From positions 8,600,494-8,664,493 of the forward strand of contig NC_057718.1 in NCBI RefSeq assembly GCF_004010195.1: DNA of 64,000 nucleotides, given 5' to 3'. Within the stretch, counting starts at the first letter, position 1, and every line of letters starts with the position of its first letter. The notes below the pieces were generated by a model. The model saw nothing but the letters and a program-made list of their open reading frames with translations. It was not told the origin of the DNA and searched no databases. Positions 34,991 to 48,559 of the stretch are shown here, one piece after another. The stretch comes from Chiloscyllium plagiosum (taxonomy: Eukaryota). Position numbers and translations under genes: made by a program.

Positions 34991-36334
34991 GACAGCACTA
35001 CAACTCAAAGCAATTGGTTATATGTGAAGTACTCTCAGATGTGATAACTGCTTTATAAATCACCCTGTGCAAAAGTAAAGATAATTACATCCAGAATAAA
35101 GTTTTGTTTCTCCTAAATTCTCTCTGATACTGGATTATTAAGTGCCTTGACAAATTTTCAAAACTTTTGTGATTCCATTGAACTTGAGTGGGACATGGGA
35201 AAGCTGAAGACCTTGCAATTAAATAATACCTTGTAGGATTTTGGAAAGTATTTCACAAACAGAGGCATGTGTGGGGTAGCCCATAGGAATAAGGGTGATG
35301 CTCTCTTATAGAGTCATCCAGCATGGAAACAGACCCTTCGGTCCAACCAACCCATGCCAACCATGTTCCCAAACTAAACTAGTCCCACTTGCCTACTCCT
35401 GGCTCATATCCCTCCAAACCTTTCCCATTCGTGAACTTATCCAAATGTCTTTTAATCTTACAATTGTACCTGCAACCACCACTTTCACTTGGTAAGAACC
35501 TGCGCATATTTTAATTTCAGTCACAATTCGTGGATGTCACTGGCCAGGCCAGGCAGTTATTGCCTGAAAGGCAGTTAAGAGTCAACTACATTGTGGTGGG
35601 TCTGAGGTCACATGTAGGCCAGACCGGGCAAGGATGGCAGATTTTCTTCCCTAAAGGAAATTAGCGAACCAGATGGGTTTTTATGGCAGATTAAGTCAGC
35701 TCTTCATTCAGGTTCTGCCATCTGGCACGGTGGCATTCAAGCCCATGTGCATAAAACATGAACTAGAGTTTACGAATTACTAGTCTAGTGACGTTACCAC
35801 TACCTCACATTAAGACTGACAACATAGTGAGGCTGTTTTGCACTCCAACTGCCACATGATCCTGACTGATAACTCAAGGGGATGAATTACCTACTCCTTA
35901 TACCTCGTATATTCTTAAGAGTCGACCACATTGCTATGGCTCTGGAGTCACATGTAAACCAGACAAAGTAAGGGTGGCAGATTTCCTTCTGTAAAGGGTA
36001 TTAGTGAACAATCGCTACAGGAATGCTCACAAGTTTATCATTAAACCCCGTTAAACACACAGAAAACCCATATGACACTCGTTCAAAATCCAGAAGTCTG
36101 AAATAAATGATGTTAAAATATATGTAAATCACACATCTCACACAACACAAGTATTACATGTGTTTTCCCTCTGGAAGGTATGAATGGATTCTGAGGCTAC
36201 TTTAGAACATCGTTTAGAACCCATCACTTTGCTGTAGGTCTGAAGCCACAACGTCAGCCAGATTGGGGAAGGATGACAGATTTCCTTTCCAAAGAACAAT
36301 TCCTTTTATTCACTCATGAAACATTACCAAGCAG

Positions 36335-37110
36335 GATGGTGAGTCGTTTGGAGGGGAACTTGCAACTGGTGGTGTTCCTATGTATCTGCTGCCCAAGTCC
36401 TTTTAGATGAAAGTGATCGCGGGCTTGGAATCTTTGTCTAAGGATCTTTGGTGAATTTCTATAGTGCGGCTTGCACTGCTGCTACTGCTGGTGGAGGGAG
36501 TGAATATTTGTGAATGTGGTACCAATCAAGGGGGCTGCTTTGTCCTGGATGGTGTCGAACTGCTCAATTGTTGTTGAAACTGCCCTCGTCCAGGCAAATG
36601 GGGAGTTTTCCATCACACTCCTGACTTGTATGTACCAATGGTGGACAGGCTTTGGGGAGCCAGGAGATGAGCTACTCACTGCGGTATGCTCTTGTAGCTA
36701 TTGTGTTTGTATGGTAAATCCAGTTGAGTCTTTGGTGAATGCTAACAAGTAGGATGTTGATAGTGGAAAATTCAGTGATGGTAACACCATGGAATGTAGG
36801 GACAGTGGTTGGACTGTCTCTTATTGGAAATGGTCATAGCCAAGCATTTGCATGGTGAGAATGTTACTTGCCACTTGTCAACCCAAGCCTGGATATTGTC
36901 CAGATCTTGTTGCTGCTTCAGTGTCTGAGGAGTCCTGAATGGTGCTGAACATTGGGCAATTATCAATGAACATCACCACTTCTGACACTATGATGAAGGG
37001 AAGCAGCTGAAAATAGTTGGGCCTAGGACACTATCCTGAGGAACTCCTGCAGAGTCCTGGAGCTGAGATGACTGACCACAACCATCATCATATGTGCCAG
37101 GTATGTCACC
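36335..37110 (-). mobile_element. Old CR1-like LINE (second family); also 47580-48190 and split pieces at 49905-50130, 50788-50905, 53312-53540
   Basis: Minus-strand QQDLDNIQAWVDKWQVTFSP.KC and QVRSVMENSPFAW..DTIQDKAA.LIG. Confidence 0.85.
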
Positions 37111-37112
37111 GT

Positions 37113-37432
37113 GGGCAGCACAGTGGCACGGTGGTTAACACTGCTGCCTCACAGCACCAGAGACCCGGGTTCAATTCCTGCCTCAGGCAGCTGTCTATGT
37201 GGAGTTTGCACATTCTCCCTGTGTCTACGTGGGTTTCCTCTGGGTGCTCCGGTTTCCTCCCACAGTCCAAAAATGTGCAGGTTAGGTGAATTGGCCATGC
37301 TGAATTGCCTGTAGTGTTCGGTGAAGGGGTGAATGTAGGGGAATGGGTCTAGGTGGTTTGATGTTCGGAGGGTCGGTGTGGACTTGTTGGGCCAAAGGGC
37401 CTGGTTCCACACTGTAAGTAATCTAATCTAAA
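37113..37432 (+). mobile_element. HE1-type V-SINE, full length
   Basis: tRNA head GGGCAGCACAGTGGCACGGTGGTTAACAC, B-box, V-domain, (AATCT)n tail. Confidence 0.92.
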
Positions 37433-38029
37433 CCAGTGGTGTGTGTCCTGTACTAATTCACTGATAAGGGAATCAGATGAGGTTTTAATAACAATTGATG
37501 ATGGCAACCTTGATTGAGATTAACATTTAATTGTGTTGACTGCATTTAACTTCTAAGAGCTGCAATCATGGGATTTGAACTCATATTCCCGGAGTATTGA
37601 CCAAGGTCTCTGGATTATTGCCACACCAATATTCCACCCCTTTGCTGCTTTAGCCATTCTGCCAAATGGTTTGTCCAGTTTTCATGTGCTGTCGTGCAGG
37701 AAGTACAGTGCTAGCCTTGATCACATTTCAATATTAATATACTGAATGTGTGCAGCACTGATGGAAGAGATTGTAAAGACACTGAGACTAAAAAAGGAAT
37801 GTTAACATGGAGAAATATGTAGGTTTGGGTGCAGCCAGATGGTTTAATTCTGGGGAAAACATGAGGAGTGCTAATGGTGTGGCAAAGGAAGTAGGTTTGG
37901 AGGAGGCTCAACAAATGCTCGAGTTTAAGTCGGGGCTGGAGAACTTTACAGACAAAAGGAGAGGCAAGATGGATGTGCAGGAATTTGAATGTAATTTCAT
38001 TCTTATGGCACTGCAGCTAGATTGAAAGC

Positions 38030-38309
38030 TAGAGGCATGGCACTCATCCACAGATTCAATCAATTAACACATCGACCTGGACCCAATATACTGACCACTG
38101 CAACGGACAGCTGGAACTGACAACCGGAAGCGGCAGATTCCAACCACTACAAATGGCGGAGGAAAGATCACAGAAGTGCTTCACAGGAGGCTCCCGAACA
38201 CTGAGGATGTCACCTAGACAGGGGACGAAACGTCTGCAACACAAATTCCCAGCTCGGCGAACAGAACTACAACAACGAGCACCAGAGCTACAAATCTTCT
38301 CACGAACTT
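38030..38309 (+). mobile_element. PLE (family D-like) 3' fragment with intact hammerhead core
   Basis: Starts in LEAWHSS.DSIN.HIDLDP (GIY-YIG C-terminus); core at 38201-38234; exact 12-bp TSD TAGATTGAAAGC at 38018-38029 and 38310-38321. Confidence 0.85.
38199..38236 (+). ncRNA. Putative minimal type I hammerhead ribozyme
   Basis: CA-CUGAGGA-U-GUCACCU(AGAC)AGGGGAC-GAAA-CGUC-UG: conserved core, stem II, palindromic ACGU stem III, GUC cleavage triplet; activity not shown. Confidence 0.7.
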
Positions 38310-38709
38310 TAGATTGAAAGCCATTGTGAGTCACAATAGGTGAATGGGAAATCAGGTTAGAAGCTGCAGAGTTTTGGATGAGCTCTAGATTATTGTGGAT
38401 GACAGATGGAAGGGCAGACATTGGTATCATCAAATCTGGATATGATAAGACGTCTTGATGACTATTCTGGCAGCAGGTAGGCTGAGGGTCCAGTGGAGGT
38501 GGGAACTACTGCAGAAAGGAATGGTCCTTAATTTAAAGTTAGAAACATAGCTCTGGGTCAGACAGGACAGGGAGCAGAAAGAATCCAGCCAGCATAGAAA
38601 CATGAAATCTTCAGACTCAAGAGTGACAGCAAGGACAACAGAACGGAATTGGCACTTTACTCAAGGAAAGGAAGAGACAATGACACAATAGTCTTGCGTA
38701 GGAGACAGA

Positions 38710-39245
38710 GTAACAGAGGAAATAGGAACAGGAGTAGGCCATTCGGTCCTTTGAGATAGCTCCACCATGTAATATGATCATAGCTGATCATCCAACTCTG
38801 TCCCTTGCTCTCGTGTTCTCCCTTTAGCCCAAAGGATTATGTCGAACTCCTTGAAAACTTTCAAAATTTTGATTTCAACCATTTTCTGTGGCAGAGAACC
38901 CCACAGGGTCACCAATCCCTGGGTGAAGACATTTCTCCTCATCTCACTCCTGAATCACTTAGAATGTTACCCTTTGGTTCTCGACTATAATCATCAGGAA
39001 AGGCCTGTGTAGTCCTGTTTGAATATTGTAAGTTTCTGTGAGACTCCCCCTGCCATTCTTCAGTGAATAAAGGGTAAAAACAATGACTGCAGATGCTGGA
39101 AACCAGATTCTGGATTAGTGGTGCTCCTTGGATGCTGTCTGAACTGCTGTGCTCTTCCAGCACCACTAATCCAGAATTCAGTGAATATAGTCCTAACCGA
39201 TGTCTCTTCATCTATCGGTCTAGCAATCCCAGGAATCAGTCAGGA
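38710..39245 (-). mobile_element. CR1 3' remnant with a nested PLE family A mini fold-back (39070-39176)
   Basis: The nested insert is flanked by an exact 11-bp repeat TTCAGTGAATA at 39059-39069 and 39177-39187. Confidence 0.75.
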
Positions 39246-39280
39246 TGTCTGAGCAGGAAGATATCAAACTGAAGGACAAT

Positions 39281-40090
39281 TGTTAAAAATCACACAATAC
39301 CAGATTATAGTCCAACAGGTTTATTTGGAAGCACTAGCTTTCGGAGCATTGCTCCTCCATCAGGCGGTTGTGGAGAATAAGATTGTAAGACACAGAATTT
39401 ATAGCAAAGGTTTACAATGTGATGTAACTGACATTACATACTGAAAAAAACCTGGATTGTTTGTTAAGTCTCTCATCTTTTAGAATGGACATGTTGGTTT
39501 CAGTTCTTTCATATGTAAATCACGCAACTTTTTTAAAGTTACATTCTCAAGTGAATTTTAACAATAGGTGCCATGTTGGCCCAGATAATGTATTGAAGGT
39601 GTGAGGTGCCCTGTGTGAGATTGCCTGTGCCCCAATGTTCAGACTGATTCTATTCTAAAAAATGATTTACAGAATCTTACATGGATTCATGCAGTTTTTG
39701 AGCAAAATAAAATGTAATTCTGCAAGTAGAAATTCACCCGACAAACTTGTGCCTGTGTGAGTGTGTGTGTGTGTCTGTAGAAGTGTCTGTCTGTGAGTAT
39801 GTGTCTGTCTGTGTATGTGTGTCTGTGTGTGTGTAAGTATGTGTCTGTGTGTCTGTGTGTGTCTGTATAAGAGTGTGTGTGAATGTATGAGTGCATCTGT
39901 CTATGAGTGTATAGCGTAGTGGGTCACCTGTAGTGTGACATAAACCCAAGGTCCCGGTTCAGGTTATCCCCATGGATACCGAAAATTGGCTATCAGCCTC
40001 TGCTCGGCCACTCTGCATTGTTGCCTGTCCCGAAGTTTGCCTTGGAGGATGGTCACCTGAAGGTCTGAGGTCGAATGTCCCAGACCCCAG
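39281..40090 (-). mobile_element. PLE family B copy (terminal repeat, (TG)n tract, GIY-YIG C-terminal remnant)
   Basis: Colinear with 9931-10720; core variant CTGATGG..GCTCC-GAAA-GCTA at ~39335-39363(-). Confidence 0.85.
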
Positions 40091-41154
40091 AATCACACTG
40101 GAGGAGGTTGCAAATGATTAAAGAAACTGAAATTGCTATCATTTGAGCAGAGGTGTTCAATAGAGGTGTTCAAAATCATAGAGAGGTTTTGTAGGGTGGA
40201 TAAAGAGAAGTCACTTCCAGAGGCAGAAGGTTTGAGTCATTTTTATGCAGTTGGTTGATACAATCTGGATAGGGCAGTAGTGGCAAGTTTATAACAACTT
40301 TCAAAAGGCAATCAGATCCACGCTCTAAAAGGAAACATTCCAAGGTTATGCGGACAGAGCAAGCAAATCGTACAAACTGGGTAGTTCTGTCAAAAAGCCA
40401 GCATGGACAGAAAGGGCCGAATGGCCTGATTCTGCACTAGACCCTATTGAGAAATCTACAGATGACTATGCAGTGAGCTCTCCTGCTGAATTCTCCTTGA
40501 TCAGTGAAGCTTCACAGCTACAACCTCCTTTCATTAATATATTTATATTAATATCAGACAGTTCTAATAAAATTGTCTTTTAAAAATTGCTTTTCATATT
40601 GAAATATCAATAAGCCTCATGATCTGGAAAGGGTGGTGAGCCTAAAGTGATTAATTATTCTCACCGGTTGTTAAGCCTTAAGTTATTGTATATGTTGCTG
40701 CATCGCTCGCCCTTCCATCTGCTCATGCTTAAAGATTACCTCAGATGTTTTATTGTGCACTATCCACATGACTCATTGCAGATTAACTTTGTACCTCTGC
40801 CAGGATTGTTCTTACACAAGTCACCTTCCAGGATATGAAAATGCATTCCCTTTTCTCTGTTAATGGTGACAATTTGTGCGACTCTGTGAGTGGATTGTTA
40901 TTCACAATCACACTGGTTTCCTTTCTTTCATCAACCTTGACTTACTTTTAGCTCGACAATCCAATTCGCACGGAATGGCCAAGTAAATAAGGTATTTAGA
41001 TAACCCAAGGTAATGAAATAAAAATGTGTAAGGGCTATGAAAAGCATTGCATAGCAAGAAAGCAGAATTTTCAGAAGCTCTGTTGACAAAGCAACTACAG
41101 CCAGGTTTCTCCCTCTCTCTCTTTCCCTGCTTTCTCTTATTCATCACTCCCGCA

Positions 41155-42085
41155 AGACCATAAGACATCGGAACAAGAGGTCATTGAGCTCCTTGAGCCT
41201 GCTCTCCCACGTCTGATCCAACATTCCTCATGTCCACATTCCTGCTCTTTCCCCATAACCCTTGATTCCCTGACTCATTAAGAATCCATTAATCACATGT
41301 ACACAGCGACTCTACCCCCCACCCCCCTGACAACTCTACATGGCAAGGAGTTCCAAAGTTTCACGATTCTTCCCACATTTACAGTGTCTAGTCCTGTTCA
41401 AATTTTCTAGGTTTGTACGAGATGCCCCCTCATTCTTCTAAACTCCAATGGATGTAGTCCAAACCGATTCAGTTTCTCTTCATACGTCAGTCCAGCCATC
41501 CCAGGAATCAGTCTGGTGAATCTTTCTTACACTCCCTCCATAAAGAACATCCTTCCTCAGAAAAGGAGAGCGAAACTGCACACAATACTCCAGGTGTGGG
41601 GTCTCACCCTGTGCAGTTGCAGCAAGACATCCCTACTCTTGTACTTGAGTCCTCTCACTATGGAGACCAATGTACCATTTATCTTTGTCACTGTCTGTTG
41701 CACCTGCATGCTTATCTTCAGAGACTGGTGTACAAAGGTCACCCAGGTCACGTTGCACCTCCTCCTTTCCTAATCTACACTCTCCACGTAGAGTCATGGA
41801 GTTGTACAATAGGGAAACAGATCCTTCATTCCAACTTTTCCATGCTGACTAGATATTCTAAATTAATCTGGTTCCATTCGCGAGCACTTAGCTCCTATCC
41901 GTCTGAACCCTTCCTTTTCATATACCCATCCAGATGCCTTTCACATTTTATAATTGTACCAGCTTCCAGCACTTCCTCTGGCAGTCCATTGCAGACATGA
42001 ACCACCCCCAACATGACTAAGTTGCCCCTTAGATACCTTTTAAATCTTTCCCTTCTCATGTTAAACCTATGCTCTCTAGTTTAGT
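41155..42085 (-). mobile_element. Two CR1 3' fragments
   Basis: GLKYKSRDVLLQL.RVRPH and two separate 3'UTR starts (41155, 41790). Confidence 0.8.
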
Positions 42086-42754
42086 GAAGTTTGAAACACT
42101 GACAGAACTAAGTTTCTAACAGCATCCAAGTTTCCAAAGTTATGCTTTCAGCCTGTCAGTTCTCCATCCTTCCTTTTCTATGTTGAAGTTTTAAATTGAC
42201 TAGCTTCAACTCCCAGCACAATTTGTAATTCAGTTGCGTGCCTGTCTTATGTTCCTGGCTGAGTGCAGTTAATTACACTAGCTCTTTAGTCCCAAGACTG
42301 AGCTAAGTCCCAGAGTATGTAATTAGCCACTTCAATGGCATTCTGATGCAGTGCTACCTGGTAGTGCTGTTATCTGTGCAACGTGATGCTCAGCTAAGAC
42401 TTTGTCAGGAAGGTATGATCGTCAAAAAGTGTGGAGAAGGCATGTCATCGTGTCCATATGTTGACAATGAGTTCAAACAACAGTCAAACACGTGAGGGTT
42501 TGAGGGAGAAAGCCAGCGAGCTATGCTTTGGTTTTCCTGCTTCTATGCATTGGAGATTGTGTACTCAAGACCAACTCCAGAAATTTACATTGGAAACCTA
42601 GGCTCTGCTGCATTACTCAGGGAGTGCTGCGTTGTTGGGAAGTGCTGAGGTCCCATTTGCCCACTCAAATATAAAAGGTACAACGACATTCTCCTTTGGA
42701 TCTGCCCAGCAGAATTATCCTTCAATCAACCAGCTTCTCTGTTCATACAGTCGC

Positions 42755-43385
42755 AAAATCACAGAACTGTACAGGACAGAAACAAACCCTTTGGTCCAAC
42801 TTATTGATGCCAACCAGGTATCCTAAATTAATCTAGCCCCATTTGCCAGCATTTGACCTATATTCCCTAAATCCTTCCTATTCATATACCCATCCAAATG
42901 CTTTCTAAATATTATAATTGTACCAGCCTCCACCACTTCCACTGACAGCTCATTCCATACACACACCACCCTCTGCGTGAAACATTTGCCCTTTAAGCCC
43001 TTTTAAATCTCTTCTCTCTCACCTTAAGCGTATGCCCTCTAGGTTTGGACTCCCCTACCCTGGGGAAAAGACCTTGGACTATTCACCCTATCCATTCCCC
43101 TCATGATTTTATAAACCTCTATAAGATCACCCCTCAGCCTCCAGAGAAAACAGCCCCAGCCTTTTCAGCCTCTCCCTGTAGCTCAAATCCCCCAACCCTG
43201 GCAACATCCTTGTAAGTCTTTTCTGAACCCTTTCAAGTTTCACAACATCCTTCCAATAGGAAGAAGACCAGAATTGAATTAAGTTTTCCAAAAGTGGCCT
43301 ACCCAATGTCTTGTACAGCAGCAACATGAACTCCCACCTTCCATAGTCAATGCATTACCCAATAAAGGTAAGCATGCCAAACCCA
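42755..43385 (-). mobile_element. CR1 3' fragment
   Basis: LYKTLGRPLLE..QFWS..KDVVKLERVQKRLTRMLPGL. Confidence 0.9.
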
Positions 43386-44415
43386 GATTCACATTGTTAT
43401 TAGTGGGAGCTAGTTGTGTGCAAATTAGCTACCAGATCATCAACCTTTGAGCAATCCTGTAAATATTTTGCAAGGACATATATAAATGAAATCTCTTTCT
43501 TACTTTAGGATTAAATATGCCACCCCTCTCAAATCTGGGGGCTATATCTTACATTAGATCTCACTGTAAAACTGTGGGGCACAATCAACACAACCACCTC
43601 TCTCTCTTTCTCTCTCTGATTTCTTCCACTCTACAATTACTTTGCCTTCTAAGTTCAACTAGATGTCTATATCATCGTCGCTATGGCATCACTGTTGGTG
43701 TCTTTCCTGGGTAAACCTGCCAGAGTCTCAAAAACATGCCACACCACAACATCAGAAAATACATAACAAGAAAGTAAACCCGAGGGACTAGAGAGTGATT
43801 GTCCTCATTTTCCTGGGGGTTGTAAATGCAGGACTTGCCCATGCCATTCGCTGTTGAGGTGAAAGTATATGTGTTTGATGTTGCCTCTTCATTCATCAGG
43901 TTTTACTGTGTCTTTAGAAAAGCAGAGGTTATTCCTGCAAACTAGGTGCCAGATTCTTGAAGTCAAGCTTACGCTAGGCTCCTCGTGCAGCTGAACACAC
44001 GTTCCGCACTAATTGTCAACCGCATGTGTTAAATGCTCCACATTTGCAAATGGGATGCCATTGCAGCTACAATCCAAAGGCTTCCAGAACACGGAGGGAA
44101 GTCCTCTGGGTGTGTCCTTCCAACCATGTCAGATACAGAGGTGCCCCCTTATTGCTTCACATGTGCAGAAAACAATAAACCAGATTTTATGGTTCTATGC
44201 TGATGGGTTCAGAGGTTACACAAAATCCAGTAGTTCTGCTCCTGCTACCCACCCAGCATGGGGATGATGGGTCAAATGGCCTCTTTCTGCGCTGTAAGAT
44301 TCTACAATAATGAGAGATAGATGTGAAGGATACTTGGTAGACACTGGGCGTGTGCTTTATAGGAAGCTAATTTGGATACACAGAGGAGCAAAGGCTAAGG
44401 ATTAAAAAGTGATTT

Positions 44416-44720
44416 CACGCATAATCGTGGTCACAGTAATTATGATGACCTTCCTCTAATTAATTAAAACCATCATTGCTTGTTTACCATGGTTAATTAG
44501 AGCCAATTAGTGTGGCGCCCTTATTCCTAATGAAAGCAGAAACATTCACGGATTAAAGGTCAATTTTCTGAAGACGTCATCACTGTAAACAATTACTCGT
44601 CACTCAACCTCCATTGACTGGAGGTGAGTCACTGAAAAGCTACGTGATAGCTCAGAGACAGAATAGCAACGAGGTCCCATGGTGAAAAATGATTAGGCCT
44701 CATACTTGCGATGACCTTCA
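44416..44720. promoter_or_regulatory. Candidate conserved enhancer (motif-dense unique sequence)
   Basis: TAATTA 44437/44457/44494, TGTTTAC 44481, GTAAACA 44585, GGATTA 44550, AAAGGTCA 44555, TGACCT 44446/44712, GACGTCA 44573, TGAGTCA 44625; retains CpGs; conservation not tested. Confidence 0.45.
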
Positions 44721-45129
44721 TCAACCGGGAATCATTGAATAGAATCCCTACTGTTGGGAAAAACGACATTTGGCCCATTGAGTTTGAGCTGACCCACTGA
44801 AGAGAATCACACCCACCCTATCCCTGTAACCCCACGTGAATTTTGTAATCATGGATTAACACACCTGAGTTATCCAATCAACATTTGCCGAAATGCAACA
44901 TTGACTCCCATTAGGTTGCAGTGCAAACTCTTTCCCAGGATCTCCAATCCATGGGTATTCTGTAACCTGTAAAAATAACACTTGGTGTCACAAAGTAGAT
45001 ATAGTCTTCTCCCGCCCTCCTTGACTCCTTGGTTCATATCTTGGATTTCTTCACATCAATCCCTCAAGTATATTTCGGGATGTAGATTGGTGAGAAAATG
45101 TTGTGCCTAGTACATAATCTCTGAATGTC

Positions 45130-46220
45130 TACAGTATAGAAGGAGGCCATTCAGCCCCTCTGTGTCTGAATAAGCAATGCATGTTGTGCAATTCCCCTGG
45201 TTTTCTCACATAACTCCCCACATTCTTCCTTTTCAGATAATTATCTAATTCCTTCTTAAAAGCCACAATTGGAAGTTCGTTCACCTTATCGAAATGTATT
45301 GATGCGTCATTGGCTAGGCCTGTCCCCAGTTGGTCTGGAGACAATAAGGCCATAGAATATAGTAGCAGAATTAGGCCATTCAGCCCATCAAATCTGTTCC
45401 ACTATTCGATCAGGGCTGATGTACCTCAACCCTATTCGCCTGCTTTTCCCCATAACCCTTGATCCCTTTACTAATCAAGAACCTATCTATCTTTGCTTTA
45501 AAGACACTCAATGACTTGGTTTCCACAGCTTTCTGTAGCAGTGAGTTCCACAGAGTCACCACCCTCTGGCTGAAGAAATTCCTCCTCATCTCAGTTCCAA
45601 AAGGTTGTCCCTTCACACTGAAGCTGAGTCCTCAGTTCCAAGTCTGTCCCATTCATGGAAACATTTCCATATCCACTCTATCCAGGTCTTTCAGTATTCC
45701 ATAAGTTTCAATTGTCTTGAGCCTTCTAAACTCCATCTAGTACAGATCCAGAGTCCTTAACTGTTCCTCGTGTGACAAGCCCTTCATCCCCAGGATCATT
45801 CCTGAAAACCTCCTCTGGACTGCCTCGAAGCCCAACACATCCTTCCTTAGATACTGGGCCCAAACTGCTCACAATATTCCAAACGTGGTCTGACCAGAGC
45901 CTAGACAGTTATTGGTACATCCCTGCTCTTGTATTCTAACCCTCTTGAAATGAATGCTAACATTGTATTTTCCTTCCTAACTGCCAACTGAACCTGAATG
46001 TTAACCTTAAGTGAATCCTGAACTAGAACTCCCTTTGTGCTTCAGACTTCAAAGCCATTCCCAATTTAGGAAATAGTCTACGTCTCTATTCTTCCAAGCA
46101 AAATGCATAACTTCACACTTCACCACGTTATCTTCCAACTGTCACTTCTTTGCCCACTCTCCTAGCCTGTCCAACTCCTCCTGCAGCCTCCCCACTTCCT
46201 CAACACTACCTGCTCCTTCC
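45130..46220 (-). mobile_element. CR1 3' fragments (45130-45290 and 45350-46220)
   Basis: KGQPFGTEMRRNFFSQRVVTLWNSL and upstream ORF2 remnants. Confidence 0.88.
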
Positions 46221-46225
46221 CTTGT

Positions 46226-46552
46226 GGGCGGCATGGTGGCACAGTGGTTAGCACTGCTGCCTCACAGCGCCTGAGACCCAGATTCAATTCCCGCCTCTGG
46301 CGACTGACTGTGTGGAGTTTGCACGTTCTCCCCGTGTCTGCGTGGGTTTCCTCTGGGTGCTCCGGTTTCCTCCCACAGTCCAAAGATGTGCAGGTCAGGT
46401 GAAATGGCCATGCTAAATTGCCCGTAGTGTTAGGTAAGGGGTAAATGTAGGGGTATGGGTGGGTTGCGCTTCGGCGGGTTGGTGTGGACTTGTTGGGCCG
46501 AATGGCCTGTTTCCACACTGTAATCTAATCTAAATCTAATCTAATCTAATCT
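46226..46552 (+). mobile_element. HE1-type V-SINE, full length
   Basis: GGGCGGCATGGTGGCACAGTGGTTAGCACTGCTGCCTCACAG head, V-domain, (AATCT)n tail. Confidence 0.93.
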
Positions 46553-46559
46553 ATTCTAA

Positions 46560-47142
46560 ATAAACAGAGATAACTTGAAAAGTGTCCATGTTGCAGAGGA
46601 GATGGTACTGGATGTCTTAAATCGCATCAAGGTTGATAAAGCCCTGGAACCTGATCAGGTGTATTCCAGAACTTTCTGGAAATCTAGAAGTGATTATTGG
46701 GCCTCTCCTGAGGTATTTGTATCGTTGATAGCGACAGGTGAGGTGCCATTATTTTAAAAAGGTGGTAAGGAGAGGCCATGGAACAAGAGAACGGTGAGCC
46801 TGAAGTCAGTGGCAGGCAAGTTGTTGGAAGGATTTCTGAGGGACAGGATATCCATCTATTTGGAAACATAAGGAATGATTAGGGAGTGTCGATGTGGCTT
46901 TGTACGTGCACAATCATGTCTCACTAACTTGACAATGTTTTGAAGTGACAAAGAAAATTGATTAAGTCAGGCGGTGAACGTTGTTTATATGGACATTCAA
47001 CAAGGTTCCACAAAGCAGACTGGTTAGCAGGGTTAGATAACATGGAATGCAGGGAGAGCAAGCCATTTGGATACAAAACTGGCTTGAAGGTAGGATACAG
47101 AGGGTGGTGATGGAGGGTTGCTTTGCGGACTGGAGGCCTGTG
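46560..47142 (+). mobile_element. CR1 ORF2 fragment running into gap N 47143-47279
   Basis: IKVDKALEPDQVY, IWIQNWLEGRIQRVVMEGCFADWRPV. Confidence 0.85.
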
Positions 47143-47279
47143 NNNNNNNNNNNNNNNNNNNNNNNNNNNNNNNNNNNNNNNNNNNNNNNNNNNNNNNNNN
47201 NNNNNNNNNNNNNNNNNNNNNNNNNNNNNNNNNNNNNNNNNNNNNNNNNNNNNNNNNNNNNNNNNNNNNNNNNNNNNNN

Positions 47280-47448
47280 CACCTGACCTGCACATCTTTG
47301 GACTGTGGGAGGAAACCGGAGCACCCGGAGGAAACCCACGCAGACACGTGGAGAACGTGCAAACTCCACACAATCAATCGCCTGAGGCGGGAATTGAACC
47401 CGGGTCTCTGGCGCTGTGAGGCAGCAGTACTAACCACTGTGCCACCGT
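47280..47448 (-). mobile_element. HE1-type V-SINE 5' half
   Basis: Reverse complement of the tRNA head and V-domain. Confidence 0.9.
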
Positions 47449-48559
47449 TCCCCCTTCAGAACTCTGGGGTGTAGTCTACCTTGTCCGGGTGATTTATCCA
47501 CCTTCAGACCTCTCAGCTTCCCTTTGTGATGGCCACCACACTCACCTCTGCCCCCCGACTATCCTGAAGTTCTGGAGAAGGTAATGATGAGATGCCTTCA
47601 TGAACTGCTGCAGTCCATGCCCTGTAGGTAGACTCACAATGCCCTTAGAGAGGGAATTCCAAGATTTTCTCCCAGATTCACTGAAGGAACAGTGATATTT
47701 TTCCAAGTCAGAATAGTGAGTGGCTTCTGGGAGGAAAAACTCACAAATGGTGGTGTTCCCATGTATCTGCTGCCCTTGTACTGGAAGTGGTCATTAGTTT
47801 GGAAGGTGCTGGTAAATTTCTGCAGTGCATCTTGGAGATATTATATACTGCTGCTACTGAGCATCTGAGGTGGAGGGAGTGGACGTTTGTAGACATGGAG
47901 CCAATCAAACGAGCTGGTTTGTCCTGAATGATGTCAAGATTCTTGAGTATTGGAGGAGGTGTACCCATCCAAGCAAGGGGGGGCGCGGGGGAATTCCATT
48001 GGACTCTTGACTTCTGCCTTGGGGAGTCAGGAGGTGAGTTACGTATTGCACTATTCCTAGGCTCTGACCCGCTCCTAGAGCTGTTATATTGATATGGCAA
48101 ATCCAGTTGCGTTTCGGTAAATGGGGATGATCCCCAGGATGTTGGCAATGCTATTAAATGTCAAGCTGCGGTGGTTAGATTGTCTCTTGCCCGTGCATCA
48201 GATCAACCATTGAGCAAAGAACTGAAGAATACCAATGAAGAAACATATTAGATGGTAGCATTGCTGCCTTTAATGCGTTGTAAGATCACCATTGAGATCA
48301 TTAGAAACAATGGGACAGTTTGGTTGACAATTTAAGGAGGATGTATCCAGACAAAGAGTGGCTTAGGGCAATAGAACATTCTGTAATATTGCAGCAAATT
48401 TATAATTCAATGGATGGTGAGATCTCTTTTAGGGAGCCATCGTTGAGAGCAGTGACAGCAATGTAATTCTCTTTTGGCAAGACAATTGTTAGTTCAATTA
48501 AGCTGCACAGGAACACTTAGAGACAATCTCCAGACAAATTTCTCTAATTCATTCTCAGC

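Noticed and set aside
46226..46300. tRNA gene (likewise 37113, 47380-47448, 63640)
   Set aside because: A/B-box tRNA-like heads continue directly into the V-SINE body, so they are SINE heads.
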